From: Tricharina praecox
Taxonomy: Eukaryota
Assembly: GCF_024521635.1 (NCBI RefSeq)
Contig: NW_026250404.1
Span: forward strand, 1,550,001 to 1,614,000
Direction of reading: 5' to 3'
Length of the DNA: 64,000 nucleotides
Positions within the stretch are counted from its first letter, which is position 1. Each line of letters opens with the position of its first letter. Of this stretch, positions 1-12,500 are shown one piece after another. A program made the translations under genes and the position numbers. Under the pieces are notes generated by a model, which was given only the letters and a program-made list of their open reading frames with translations, was not told the origin of the DNA and did no database searches.

Positions 1-3000
1 CTTCTCTATCCGACATCTCCTCTACATACTCCAGGTACTCCGGGAGCATCAGAGTATAAGAGTGCGACGCGGCTGAGTAATAGCTCGTAACAGCTCGTTG
101 GCGAGTAATAGTGAGTCGGCGCATCAGTTGAGCCGATCCCTCCCAGGCGCAGCTCGTAGCTCGCAGCTCGTTTATGCGGCTTTCTTTTCCTTTCTTTTGC
201 CTTCAGCCCCGTTTAGTTACTCTAGTTACGGCTGTCATCTTCGTACTCGGATGTCGGAGTCCGGATGATTGCGACGCCGTGCGGAATGGCCGATAACGTT
301 AACCCCGGGCTCCGATCCCCCATGTTCCAACACGTCAGGTAGATATCATGTGCAACTAGGTAGGTAGGGTAGGTTGGTAGGTTGGTAGGTTGGTAGGTCT
401 GCGCATGAAGTCTGCAGATTCCCAATTTCACCGGTGGAAATTATCGACTTCTGGTTGAGTCAGGCACCCTACGGCCTTATTTATGTGTGCGTGTGTATGT
501 GTGAGTGTGTGTATTAGTTGCCCTGCGCACGCCTTGCGAACACGGAGCGGAATGAGGATCTGCGGGCCCGGTTCGGAATGAGGATCTACATACAGTTCCG
601 GTTCGGAAACGAAGTGTGGGCAGCATGCTCGGCGCATCACTCGGCGCATCACTCGCGCCCGCCGGAACTATCGATAGGAAACTTCGCCGCTTGCGGTTGG
701 CGAGGAACTGTATGTATTCCTGGTACAAAGTTTGTGGAAGACAGCCGCCGCGCAGATAATTTGCCCGGAGTATCCGGCAACTATGAAGATGGACGCGAGC
801 TCGCGCTGAATTATGATATTTACTTATGTTTAGTGCACTCTACACGCACGGTAACCTAGAGGCTACTACATCCTACTACTATCTACTACTGAGTTCTAAC
901 TAGTAGCCATTAACCAGAAACTATGTACCTGCAAAGTGTATACCAACATCACCCATCGCCCGACCGTCTAATTTGGTCTAAATGTTATACCGTGACTCCG
1001 TGATCGCCAGCTTAGGTATCCAAATATAGTGGATCACGCTCCACCCTCGACGGCGAAACGCTTATCGTGAGTCGTGTTTAGTGATGGCAAGAGTACGTAC
1101 GCACGTATGATACCGCACTCTGACTCTGTTTCGGAAAAAGAGGGCGACAGGGTGGGTTACGCTCGAGGCTCGAGACTAGAGGAAACTCCAGGAACTGCGT
1201 ATTCTACTATACGGTACCCTACCCTACCCTACTCTACTCTACTCTACTCTACTCTACTCTACTACGGTACGGGTACGGCGGTACAGTACGGTATGCGACG
1301 TATCCTCCAGCGGCAGAAGGTTCCAGCGGGCATACATGGATGGATGGATATATGCGTGCGTGTGTGCGTATTCGAGTCCGGATTTACGCTGCCTACTTAC
1401 CCACCTATTAACCTACCAGTCTAGCTACTGGCCTACCAACGATCCCTGAGCAGTGAGGCCGCGCGTTCACGTGCTCCGCCACCTCCTCCGCCACCTCCGT
1501 TCCGCTCGTTCGTTTTCGTTCGTTTTCGTTCGGAGCGCCGTATATATCCGTATCCGCATACCTCGACTCGACTCGACTTGGGATCTGGGCCATGATCCGG
1601 GCCTGGGGAGTGCGCGGCCGGGGTCGGGGTCGGGATCCGGCGAAACGGCCGTGATAACGGCCTCGGCGTCTGGTGTCTGGTGTCCCGTATCGTGTCTCGT
1701 GTCGTCACTCGCTCACTCGATCGTGGGGACAGGGTTGCTCTGGCTGCCGAACCCGAATACCGATGCGATATAGAATCGAGCAGTGAATCGAAGGCCCTCA
1801 GCTAGATAACTAAAGCCCACACGTATGCACTCCCGGTAGGTCGCCTCGCCCCACGCCCGACTTTGACGATGCGCACTCACTCCGGGCGTTCGGGCGTCCC
1901 GCCTGCTGTCCGGTGTACATAACTTCACTTCCCCCGGCTTTGCTTCATTTTTCACTCTTCACTCTTCATTGCCCCATTGAGCTCGTCGACGGGTGGTAGT
2001 TGAATGGCTCGGGATGTCTGGCTGGCTATCTCGACGGGATCCAATTCGGCATTTGAAGCCTTGGCCACCGCGTTTAGTGCCGACACTGCGCAAGCGAAGA
2101 CCACTGCTTGGTTCCACTCGGATACCGTACAGGCACGATTTCCCCCTGCCGTACAGGCATGAGCGTGTAGGCGGCTATCTAGTGATGCGTGATTGACCGT
2201 CACGGAAGGAAACCACCGAGTGATCGTGACCGACATGAAGAACGCAAGAGGGGCGGAGGCGTCTGCTTCCAAGCCGGTCGCAGCACCTCTGTACGGGAAC
2301 CGCAATAGGGACGTAGAAGCACCCTCGCCACCACCACTATCACCGCCGCCACCACCGCCCGCGGGTGGCGGGATGCAAGGGAGTGTGGTTCCAGCCTCCA
2401 GGAGTCTTTGGTTCAGCACATCATACATGTACCAGTACGTACCTACATACCGCCATTCCCTCGAGCCGAGCCATACTCGATGCGAGCGGCCATTCTTGTT
2501 TCATCGTTCCGTACTCGACCGCTTCCGATCATCACCATGGTGCATACCTACATGCTGCGTCTCCTCCGCTGGTGACTTCCAAGCCACGTATGTAACTCCC
2601 AAAGTGGTGTTCGCAAGTCTAGTTGACACATTATCACCCGCACCTCTAGCATGTACATATAACCTAGATACTCCCTTCCCGGTTCGCCGTACGTACGGCA
2701 TCACGGTCACCGTCGCCGTCGCAAAAGGTGGGTGAGCGACGATGAGTGACGGGCCAGAAACGAGTGATGGGCTGCGATTCCCCGCCGCGGATGGAGACCG
2801 AACGAGCCTTGTCTACATGCGGCATAGCCGCACTATAACTATCTAGATATATCCAAGATCCAGCACTGTCCAGCACGCAAGAAGATCTACGTACGTAGTT
2901 AGAGATGGAAATGAGCCGGCACGAATACGATCGGAGCCTCATGCGTTCTTTTCTGTTCGCGGCGGCCCCGCACGTTCGCTCGCAAGTTCGCAACTCGGCC

Positions 3001-4583
3001 CCGCCTTTGAGGCTGGAGGGTTGGAGGCGGGGCCCGAGGGCCCGAGTGGGGCGAGCCAGTGGCAAACTCACCGCTGCTCACCGCTGCGCACTCACGATGG
3101 GGGGCCGCGGCGATGCCAGAAAGATCTGTCCCGGAGTAACGGTCCGATGGTCGGTTCCATCGGACATCGCTCGCTCGAGGTAGATACTCGAGATACTCTA
3201 CTCTGGTTAAGCCCGACTCGTCCAGCCTCGGATACCGTATGTGCACCAGCTCCAGCTCCATCTACAGCTTGAGCCCTCTGCTCGAGATGGGTCGGCTCGC
3301 GTCCTCCGTTGGTCGACGCCAGAGTGATTCACAACCATCACTCGCGTGTTCGGCCCTCGCCTTTCACGAGATGTCACGCGCGTGGGATATCGTCGAGTCG
3401 ACGGATAGAATGCGGCGGTGGCTGCTCCTCGACCCCCACCCACGCAGCAGCAGCAGCGATTGTAGAACATCCGCTGATACCTACGTAGATACCATGCAGC
3501 AAGTGACGCGTCGAGGTGGCCATGTCCATGGCCATTCCATTTCCGCGATGAGGGCGTGATGTGGAACCTCACCCCCATCGGATGATTAACTGGGTGGGTG
3601 GGTATAGTAGTCCGTCCTGCGCTGCCGGAAGCCCGAGACATAGTTACTTATCATTGTGATTGCAGAACCGGGTCCATGGTCCATCGGCAGTACATACATA
3701 TGGCCATATGATACTCCATCTGCCATATAGATAGTACTATGAGTTACAATCGGTGACGGCGACCGGCTTGCTGGGCTACGTATGTAAAGCAATGTCCGGT
3801 TGACCGCGCGCGCGAGCGAAAACACCGTGTTCGGCGTGTTTCCCCGGGCCCGCTAGGCTCCGTTTGGTGAGCTCGTGCCAGCTTGCGTGGATATGTATGT
3901 AGGTACCTATTATTCTCGGTGGCCAATTCCGACCGCACGCACGCACGCAGATCCGCCGCGACGAGTGATCCCACGTGTACGGGCGGAGGTTGACACGGAA
4001 GGGAGGGGCGGCAGCCTGGTTCTGGCTAGGGTGGGATCCGTTCGCGTACTATGGTATTATGATAGTACTAGCGATGGATAACTACGGTAGTTACTTGGTT
4101 AGTTGACTGAGTACATATCATAGGTACTCGTATCTAGGTACTTACCTGGGTGGTTAGTCGTATGATGATGGTTTTCCGCCGAGCAGTCTTTGCTGTTGGT
4201 TTGTGATATCGATGGTTGTTCATGTCTGGGCAACGGCTATGGTTAGATATGACGGTGATCGATTCGAGCACGTCAACGCTACCAGCGACGATCGAAGGGC
4301 TCAACCATCCCTCCCTCCCAATTGCCCAATGCCCTTGTCGTTTCCTCCAAGTCCACCCCCCCTCCACACTTCCCTGCTCACCCCACGCCGTACATAATGG
4401 AATCTACACACGAGATGTCGGCAGGAAAATACATTACCCAACATCAACTTGTTTGAAACCGTCTGACGAATCAATCCGTATTCACGGACGGATGCAAGCC
4501 ACACTCGTGTGGAATCGAATCAACAGCATCAACGACAACCGAGTAAGACGGGGGGCTACGATCTGTGTCTCGTCTGTTTGGTA

Positions 4584-4702
4584 GTGTGAGGGGTGTGCAC
4601 CGCAGCTCAGCATGGCAAGCCCCCTCTCTCTCTCTCTGTTGTGTGAGGGGTGTGCACCGCAGCTCAGCATGGCAAGCCCCCTCTCTCTCTCTGTTGTGTG
4701 AG
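4584..4702. repeat. Tandem duplication of a 57/55-bp unit
   Basis: gtgtgaggggtgtgcaccgcagctcagcatggcaagccccct(ct)n-gtt at 4584-4640 and 4641-4695, differing only by one CT unit; a partial third start follows at 4696-4702. Confidence 0.95.
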
Positions 4703-6814
4703 ACACGTCCACCGCCGTTTCTTTTCTCCTGCCTCCCTCCTCGCCAGGTGTGCTCTGACCTCTGCACCGTCGGCCAGTCCACAAGCAGACTGCGCTAATC
4801 GATCGTGCATGATGCTGCCCGCTCGCCTACATGGCAGTCGTCACTCTAAATCCTCGACTTCCCAGCCCGCCTCAACACACACAACAACAACAATTGAACC
4901 CCGTCCCGGTAAAATCTTGGAGGCCAAGAATCACCACATCAAGCAACATCTCACGCCCCACTGCGTTCGTTCGTTGTGCTGGCCCGCCGTAACTTCGCTC
5001 ACATCCTTCACCTCTCCCGGGATATCCCAACCTCGGCGTATGTATCATACTGTGAGTGCATAACGATTACGCTTCATCCGAACCCTTTCCCGGACCGTAG
5101 TCAGTCCGACTTCTAATTGCCCATTGAAAGGGCGCTCCTCCTGCCAGGCAGCCACCGGGGGCGATGGCAATGATAGGTACGGAGACGACACCCGTCTCGA
5201 GTCGAGCTGACGAGCCCATCCCATCCCTCCCCTCCTCTACATCCAGGCTTCCGGCCCCTCCCTCCCAGTCCCCTCCAGACGAGCGCACTCTCACGCCCTT
5301 CCAATCATCGACAAGATGTGGTAGGACGACGGAGGTCACCCAGGGCCAAACCCGCACAAACCACAGACTACTGTATCACGCCTGCTTACATACGGGCAAG
5401 GGTGGATTACCATAGGTTGCTCTGCTTCTCGACGGGAGAAGAAAACGGCAGCACGAGAGAGAGAGAGTGAAGCGATTGGCATCCCCCCGCCCGCCCGAGC
5501 TGGGGGGCACTCTCGTCGATGATGCTCACACCTTGGGTTGAATGGGTTCCCGTTGCGCTAAGCAGGGTAGCCGCCTCACCGACCACCCACACTGCCTACC
5601 ACCACCACCGCTGCCACTACATACCACCACTACCACCACCCCATCCCCGCCCCTGTGTATCCCCGGTGATGTTTAGGAAAGCGCAGAGTGGAAAGTGCAG
5701 AGTCGAAGAGCGAGTACGGATATTCCGCGCCGCTGCGATGCGCCGTACTCTACCCTACTCTATTCGTTCCTACAACGGGCAAAGCGCCAAGCAAGCGGGT
5801 AGGGATAAGGATAGGTAGGCACTCTACTCTAGAGTACGGATGGCTGCGATGGGCCGCCCTTCGTGCGACGGATACGCGGAACTGGAACGGCCCGCAATTC
5901 CGAGTGACAGGGCGTGACCAGAGGCCGGCCGGGCGACGGCGATGGCGTTCGGGACCGTGCGACTGTGCGGTGAGGTGCGGTGTGATGATAAGGCGGGATA
6001 GGGAGGGCGCTTCATCTTTCGTCGTCGTCGGTGGAGTGGGGGGGGGGAAGGGTGCATGGTCGGTGGTCGTACCTACGTACGCAAGCCACAAGAACTTCTT
6101 CTTCATTGCTACGGGCATGTTCCGTCCACCACCATCCACCACCACCATCTGCATCCTCTCTGTCTGTCTGTCCCTCTGTCTTTCGGCGATGATCGCACCC
6201 TCACACCCTCTCACCCTCGCTGGTCGACGAGGATCGGCGTCTCGCACGCAGATCTGCCCAGCGGTCAAGGTTTAATAGAGTGTGTGCATACATACGGTGC
6301 ATACAGTGCATAGATACGGTAGTTAGACGAGAAACGAGAAGATGGACATCACTGATCGCACCCACGCACTCACGCACTCACGCACTCACGCACGCTTGCA
6401 CGTGCATATCGAAGCACCCTTGCCCCTCCCATCCTAGGTAGGTAGTGTGGATGTGGATGGGGACGACGACATCCCATTATTATCGTTCGTTGCACCCCCC
6501 TTTCCCTTACCTTTCCCTTGCCCTTTCCCTTGCTCTTTCCAGAGTACACCGGATCCGTCCTCCCAGCTAGCATATATAGGCGGGCGGGGGGGGGGAAGGG
6601 GGGGAGATGGAGATGGAGGGGAGGGGAGGGGGCACAGATATGCCATGTACGTTGTACCCATCTACCGTACCTACCTAGAGCACCTAGGGCACCTACCTAG
6701 CAGTGCAGTGAGCACCCCTGGGAGCTCCGAGCCCGACTCCCACACTCTTGGTTTTTGGATTTTGGGGTTACGTGCTCCATAGTACTCTACCTATATGTAG
6801 TACCTATTGCGTTG

Positions 6815-6912
6815 GGACACTGGACACTGGACACTGGACACTGGACACTGGACACTGGACACTGGACACTGGACACTGGACACTGGACATTGGACATTGG
6901 ACATTGGACATT
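6815..6912. repeat. Heptamer tandem repeat (GGACACT)10(GGACATT)4
   Basis: 14 consecutive 7-bp units read directly. Confidence 0.97.
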
Positions 6913-7554
6913 CGATGCCGATGCGTAACGGGCGAGTGATCGTGGATGATGGTGGATGATCGCGCGACGACGGGGAGGGAGTGCTCGATTGCTTTGTAAG
7001 TTCTCGCGGCGACGCCGGTAGGTACATACTCTACTGCGTCGACATCGGACTTCCGTCACTCGTACCGACCTGCCTACCTGCCTATGTATGTACACGCGTG
7101 GAGACAGACCTAGCCGGTGCGCGCTCCGTTGTGGAGCTCGTGGAGAAGAAGGACCTGGTATGGTCTGGTCTGGTGCGGTCCTGTGCGAAATAATATACAT
7201 GATACCAGGGTCGAGAAGTCCAAGTCCAAGTCCAAGCTGCTGGGGAGCCTGCCATGTACATAGATATTTACGGGGACCTACTACCAGCCGACGACGGAGC
7301 GGTCTTCTTTCATAGTCTATAATAGTAGAATACAGTGGAGTGGAGTGGGAATAACTATCCCGTCCAATCAATCAAATCAATCAATCATACCATAACTACA
7401 GCCCCCAAGCAAAAAACCGACAAAGTGAAATCTATACGCACGAACGGACGAACGCCATGTCCCCGATACCTACCTATTATACAGTACAGTTGAAGAGCAG
7501 AGCAAACCGAGATCTCCGCCCCGTCCCCGTCCCCGCCCCCCTCCCCCTCCCCCC

Positions 7555-8286
7555 TCAGCACCCCTCCCCGCCCGTCCTCCACCTCTCCTCCCACCTCCCA
7601 CAATCAAACACGTTCTTCCCCAGTTTCTGATTAACATCATTATGCGCCTCACAAAGCCACTTTCCCAGTGTCTTCCGTCCCTTAACAACCTCGTCGAGCG
7701 TCTTCCCACTGCCCGGCTTCGGCGCCGCCATCCACGCCCGGAAATCCGCCGCGCAGCTCCAGCACGGATATATCCGCCCAAAGATTTGCAGGAACTGCGA
7801 CATGTCCGCTTGCTGCGAGGGGGTGGCGGTGCTGGGGTAGGTTGCCGCGATAGAGTGTAACAGGGTCCAGGAGGCCCGCCCGAGCTGCTCGACGTCGGGG
7901 GGGCAGTCGTCGCGGGGGATGGGTGCCGAGGTGGGTGCCCCGGTGGGGAACGGGCGGGGTGAGGAGGCGGAGGAGGAGGCGGTCGCGCCGAAGAAGTCTT
8001 GGTACGTGTTGCAGGTGCGGCAGCTGATGGCGTTGGTTAGCGAGGTAAGAGCGGTGGGTGGTACGAGTGCTGGCGGTGGTGGTGGTGGGGGTGGGGGCAG
8101 GTGCGTGGGGCAGCTGGGGCAGGTGGCTCACGGTTTGCCATCGGGGCCGAGGACTATTCCCTTCTTTTTCGTTGTCGCGGGCGCGTGTGGTAGTGGTGGT
8201 TGTGTTGGGGTGGTGGTGGTATGTTTTTGTGTGCTGGCTGGTGGTGGTGGCTGGTCATCGGCCTGGAGTGACGAGACTTCCGTCAT
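7555..8286 (-). CDS. ERV1: Erv1/ALR FAD-linked sulfhydryl oxidase (mitochondrial intermembrane space); exons 8286-8132 and 8023-7555
   Basis: Spliced protein MTEVSS...GIVLGPDGKP|CRTC...DCPPDVEQLGRASWTLLHSIAATYP...IYPCWSCAADFR...WLCEAHNDVNQKLGKNVFDC...WEERW. Both CxxC motifs and the structural cysteines are present. Intron 8131-8024 is GTGAGC...GCTAAC...CAG. Confidence 0.96.
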
Positions 8287-9524
8287 TGTTGGATGCGGTA
8301 TGGGTATGACGACGCGATTAACGTTTTCGAGTGGCAGGTTTGTTTCGTACGAGAGTTAAGTTTGATAGTTATGATCGGGCACGAGGGGGGGTTGAGATCA
8401 GCCGGTTTTGTTTTGCGGGGTAGGTACGTAGGATAACGGCGAGGGAGGCGGAAGATCGGATGAAGTTTCGACACAAAAAGATCCATAATCAGCAAAGAGC
8501 CGTGGAACATCCCAGAACACGCGACTTATTTTTTTTGGCTTGGGATTGAGGCTCGCGACACGTGGGATGGATTCCCAATGGACTTTCGCTTAGCTGGACA
8601 ATCGGGATGAGGACGGGGATGGACGGGACGGGATTGACGTCGTGCTTGGATGAGGGTGGAGTTAGGTGCGTGCTTATCAATCCCATCTTATCGATGCACC
8701 TAGCAGAGCTCATTCATTCCCGTCGCATTTCGTGAATCGTGCCATGTAGATACATTTCTACATACCGATCGATACTCCGGGTCTCTACGTCTTTTTTTCG
8801 TTCAGCTCGCACGATCAAGGCAGGCGCATATAAACAAAACATTCCTAGGCAATTGCAATTTGGCGACGCCATGAGCCCAACGGTGGCAAAGTTTCCAAGC
8901 CAAACAATGTTGACCACGAAGGAGCCCATCCCGCTGCGGCCTGGCGGGGGGCCGTTTCGGCGTTATCACGGCATATTCTCGGGCTCTAACGTCATCGACG
9001 ATGCCTGTGACAGCGCTGATTAGTTACTCGTCGGCATGCTCCATCCCCCACACTGCAATTGCCAACTATCGCCAATGCGTGTGAAACCGACGGTTAAATT
9101 GGGGCCTTGGGTGTTTTGCGGGGGCGTCATCGAGTCACGTCCCGGGTCTGAGGGCGGTGTCTCCGGCCGGTCTGCTCAGACAGGCGTTTATTCGCGAGCT
9201 AGAACGTTGGGGGTTCGTGTTCGAGCTGAGCAAAAGGTCAATTGGGGGGGAGAGGAGGGGGAGCCGAAGTATAGTACATACCGGACGCCGCCGTGTGTGA
9301 TAAGCTGCCTGCTATGATAGTCCAACCCCAATACTCAGCAGCTCAGTCGGCTTCGCGCCCGAGAGCGACTATGCAGAGCATGCACGAGAGAGTGAGAGTT
9401 AGTTGGAATGTTGGAATGTACCTATCTGCTAGTACCTGGGTTACGTTACAGCCACACACACACGGTGGGTACTTTTAGTAACCCATCTTGTGGGTCAACC
9501 CAGATGGTACTGACTGCATCGCAT

Positions 9525-9527
<3 letters not shown>

Positions 9528-9588
<61 letters not shown>
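9528..9588. repeat. (CA)n microsatellite, about 30 units
   Basis: Read directly. Confidence 0.98.
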
Positions 9589-9589
<1 letters not shown>

Positions 9590-12500
9590 GTACCGTATCC
9601 ACCCCGCGTGATGGATTGGATGATGTTGGGGAACGCCCGTCGAGATCGCGATGCAATTTGCGTATCGAACATTCCGGATCTCTTCTCCTCGCCGGTAGCG
9701 ACTGCCACATGAGGTTCTCTTCATATCGGGTCGGCCTTGGCTGGCCTTGGCTGGCCAGCCTGCTTCCATTTCCTGTTCGTGCGGGTACACACGGCCGGCC
9801 GGCGCAGGACGTGCAGTCGTCCGGACCGAAAGTATCGGCGGTTGATCTTTTCTGCCTCTTTGCACCAAACCCCCCCAGCATGAGATGGGGGCGGGGGAGG
9901 GAATAAGCGCGATGTTATGCAATGTATGCAGATCCGTGGATGGATGGTGCGAGCCTTTTTTCTCTCTCTTCACGTGCGTGTGAGCTATTTCGGCGACGAG
10001 ATACCTACATCCCCGCTACGTACGGCCTAGACATAAGACACGCAATCAGCAGTTGCAGGCAACTTGGGGGCAGGTTGGAGCAGTTGGGAACAACCGTCTC
10101 AAATCTCGCTTGAAATAATGGTCCTGCCCTGTCAACAACAACCACCCCAACCCAACCCCCAATACCGGGTCGCTGGGCACGCGGGCGGGTCCCCCATCAG
10201 ACAAGTTGATTACATGCGTCATCCCCATGTTCTCGATTGCGTTCGTCTCTACTGGGTGATTCCGTCGGCCACCCGGATTGTGGGTTCTAGCTCTCTCAGC
10301 TTACACGAGATGATGAAGCATCTAACGCCCTGGTCTGGGGTGTTGGAATGTAACTACTGGTGGTGATGCTGGTGTGCGGGACGTTTGGACGAAGGTCGGC
10401 CAGCGGGTGTGGTTTCCCCGACGGATCGGACCACCGCAACCAGAGAAGGGTGTGGTTCATGTGATGTGATGCGAGAGGGATCCTGTCCAGAAATGTGTAA
10501 CCGGATTACCTATAATATAGGTATTCCAATATCACGGAGGACTGGAGGAGAAGACGTTGAGTTTGTGCTCGCCCGCTGCATGAGCCAAAACACCAATTGT
10601 GGGGGAGGGGTGTCCCGGTTACGGTGGATGGTGGGCGCACTATCTAACGGATGTCTCGGATTGTAAGGAGGGAGAGCGAGAACGACCACGGCCTCACTGC
10701 CGCCTACAGTGCGTAGGCCACCCTTTCCCCTGGAACTAGGTATCAAAATCAGTACCCAGTCTTGAAACCTCGAATAGTGCCGTGGAACACCAACCAACAC
10801 CATGACAATCCACTTCACATCCAGTGGCCACCTGGCCAATCGTCCCCCCAACCAACACCACGAGAAACCTACTCTCAACCTGGGCTCTGGCTTTGTGGAG
10901 TAGTGGAATCATAACGACAGTTATGATATACTATACCGACCCTATCCCAAGAAAACACAACGACCCAATCGTTTGGCAGAAACGGCATTCAGCCCTCGCG
11001 CTAAGTTGTCATACCGGCCACCCTTCTCTGTCCCCCATGCCCTTGAATGGGACTTGTTGTTATCTTCTCTGCCTCTTCTAACCTCCTCTAACCTCGCCTA
11101 CCCTCCTGTACCCTCTTGGGCATCTGTAGGCAGCAACAACGGCAGCAGCAGCAGTACAGTGCCGTTCGGTCGACTGCGACCGGCCGGTCGACCGTCATCA
11201 GCACGCATAGGCAGTCACGCACCAGGGTGGTGGGTCTGCGTGTGCCCGGGATCTTTGGGATCTGAATCACACGGAACACAATCGCTCGGTATTTGGGGTT
11301 CTGGTGAAGCCGAAGTCTGTTGATGTTGGTCATCTAGGCCCCATCCGTCGGGTTATAGCGAAATTGCGGTGCTTGCTTGCTTGTTCCCTCCGCCATGGAG
11401 CCGGTGTCGTGTCCATTTCCGTTTCCCCTCCACTCCCCTCCCTTCAATCCTCCAAGAGTCGGTTTTCGTTTCGGCAGTGACGGTGGCAACGGGCATGAGG
11501 GCAGCATGCAATCGCGACGATGGAGCTTGCCATCCATCCATCCATCCAGCCGGCCGCCCATGCCGGATGCAGCAGCACCGATTGCGGTCCCGTGACTTGC
11601 ACTGACGCATCAGGGGTTGCGCTGCCAGGCTGTGTTTCCACCTATGTATGTACGTACCGGAGCCAGGGGTCCCAGGTCTCAGAGATTAAGCACGCACACG
11701 CCTTTAAAAAACTTCAATAAGCCAACGGTTGTCGAGGTGCGAGGGAGGGTGAGAGGGTAGGTACGCATACTCGCAAGCAAGCACACACACACATACTCAC
11801 ACATGCCTATACCCGGACGCTCGCAATTGCTGACATATGTAGGTAGATCCTCGACGTTCTTGCATCCGTGCCGGCCGGACACATACGTACACGTAGGTAG
11901 GCAGGCAGGTACTGAGAAGGGACTTGGTTCGTGCGGAACATGGCTTCCGTCCGAGACTGCATTCGCCAGCAGAAGCTGAGGCCGTACAACCGGGCCGGGC
12001 AGGTATGATGGAGGAAGGGGGAAGGAGTGCGTCAATGTGTCAGTGTACGACACACTACGTGTGCAAGATTTCCTGGCAGGTTTGAGGGTTTTTGGTGTTG
12101 AAGGCGGGGGAGGGGTGGACGAACATTGGCAGGTCGCCGGAGGAAGAAGTAGAGGTGGAGGTGGAGGTAGAGGAAGGGGAGGGACGGCACGATGTCGACC
12201 GCACTGCAGACGGATTTTAAGGTTCACGGTTTGTTCACAGGCCAGCACTCCGCCTCTGGGATTGGAGGATATGCATAGTATTTGCTGGGCCACTCATAGA
12301 CGCCAGAGACGCCGGGGGGAGGGCGCACCCACTGCCCAGCGTCCATGTAAGCAAGTCGATAAGCCAACGACGAATTCCCGCGCGGATATGCGCACACTCG
12401 GCTGATCATTGCCCATGATTCGCGGACCGAGTGGCAGTTAGAAGCGCGCGATCGGAAGATCCGAGAGGTCCGAGGACGGGCGAGGCGAGCTGACAGAGTC

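Noticed and set aside
36..772. TA|CTCCGGG ... CCCGGAG|TA as a possible 730-bp TIR element with internal short repeats (AGCTCG, CCGGTTCGGAA, CTCGGCGCATCA)
   Set aside because: Only 7 bp of inverted match, and TACTCC/GGAGTA motifs are common in this region.
4139..4200. ACTTACCTGG resembling the U1 snRNA 5' end, and a nearby ATGATGA box C motif
   Set aside because: No U1 loop I, loop II or Sm site and no box D in range; better read as a minus-strand splice donor.
6815..6912. Regular repeats as a CRISPR array or telomeric tract
   Set aside because: No unique spacers, eukaryotic context and not TTAGGG-like; a simple tandem repeat.
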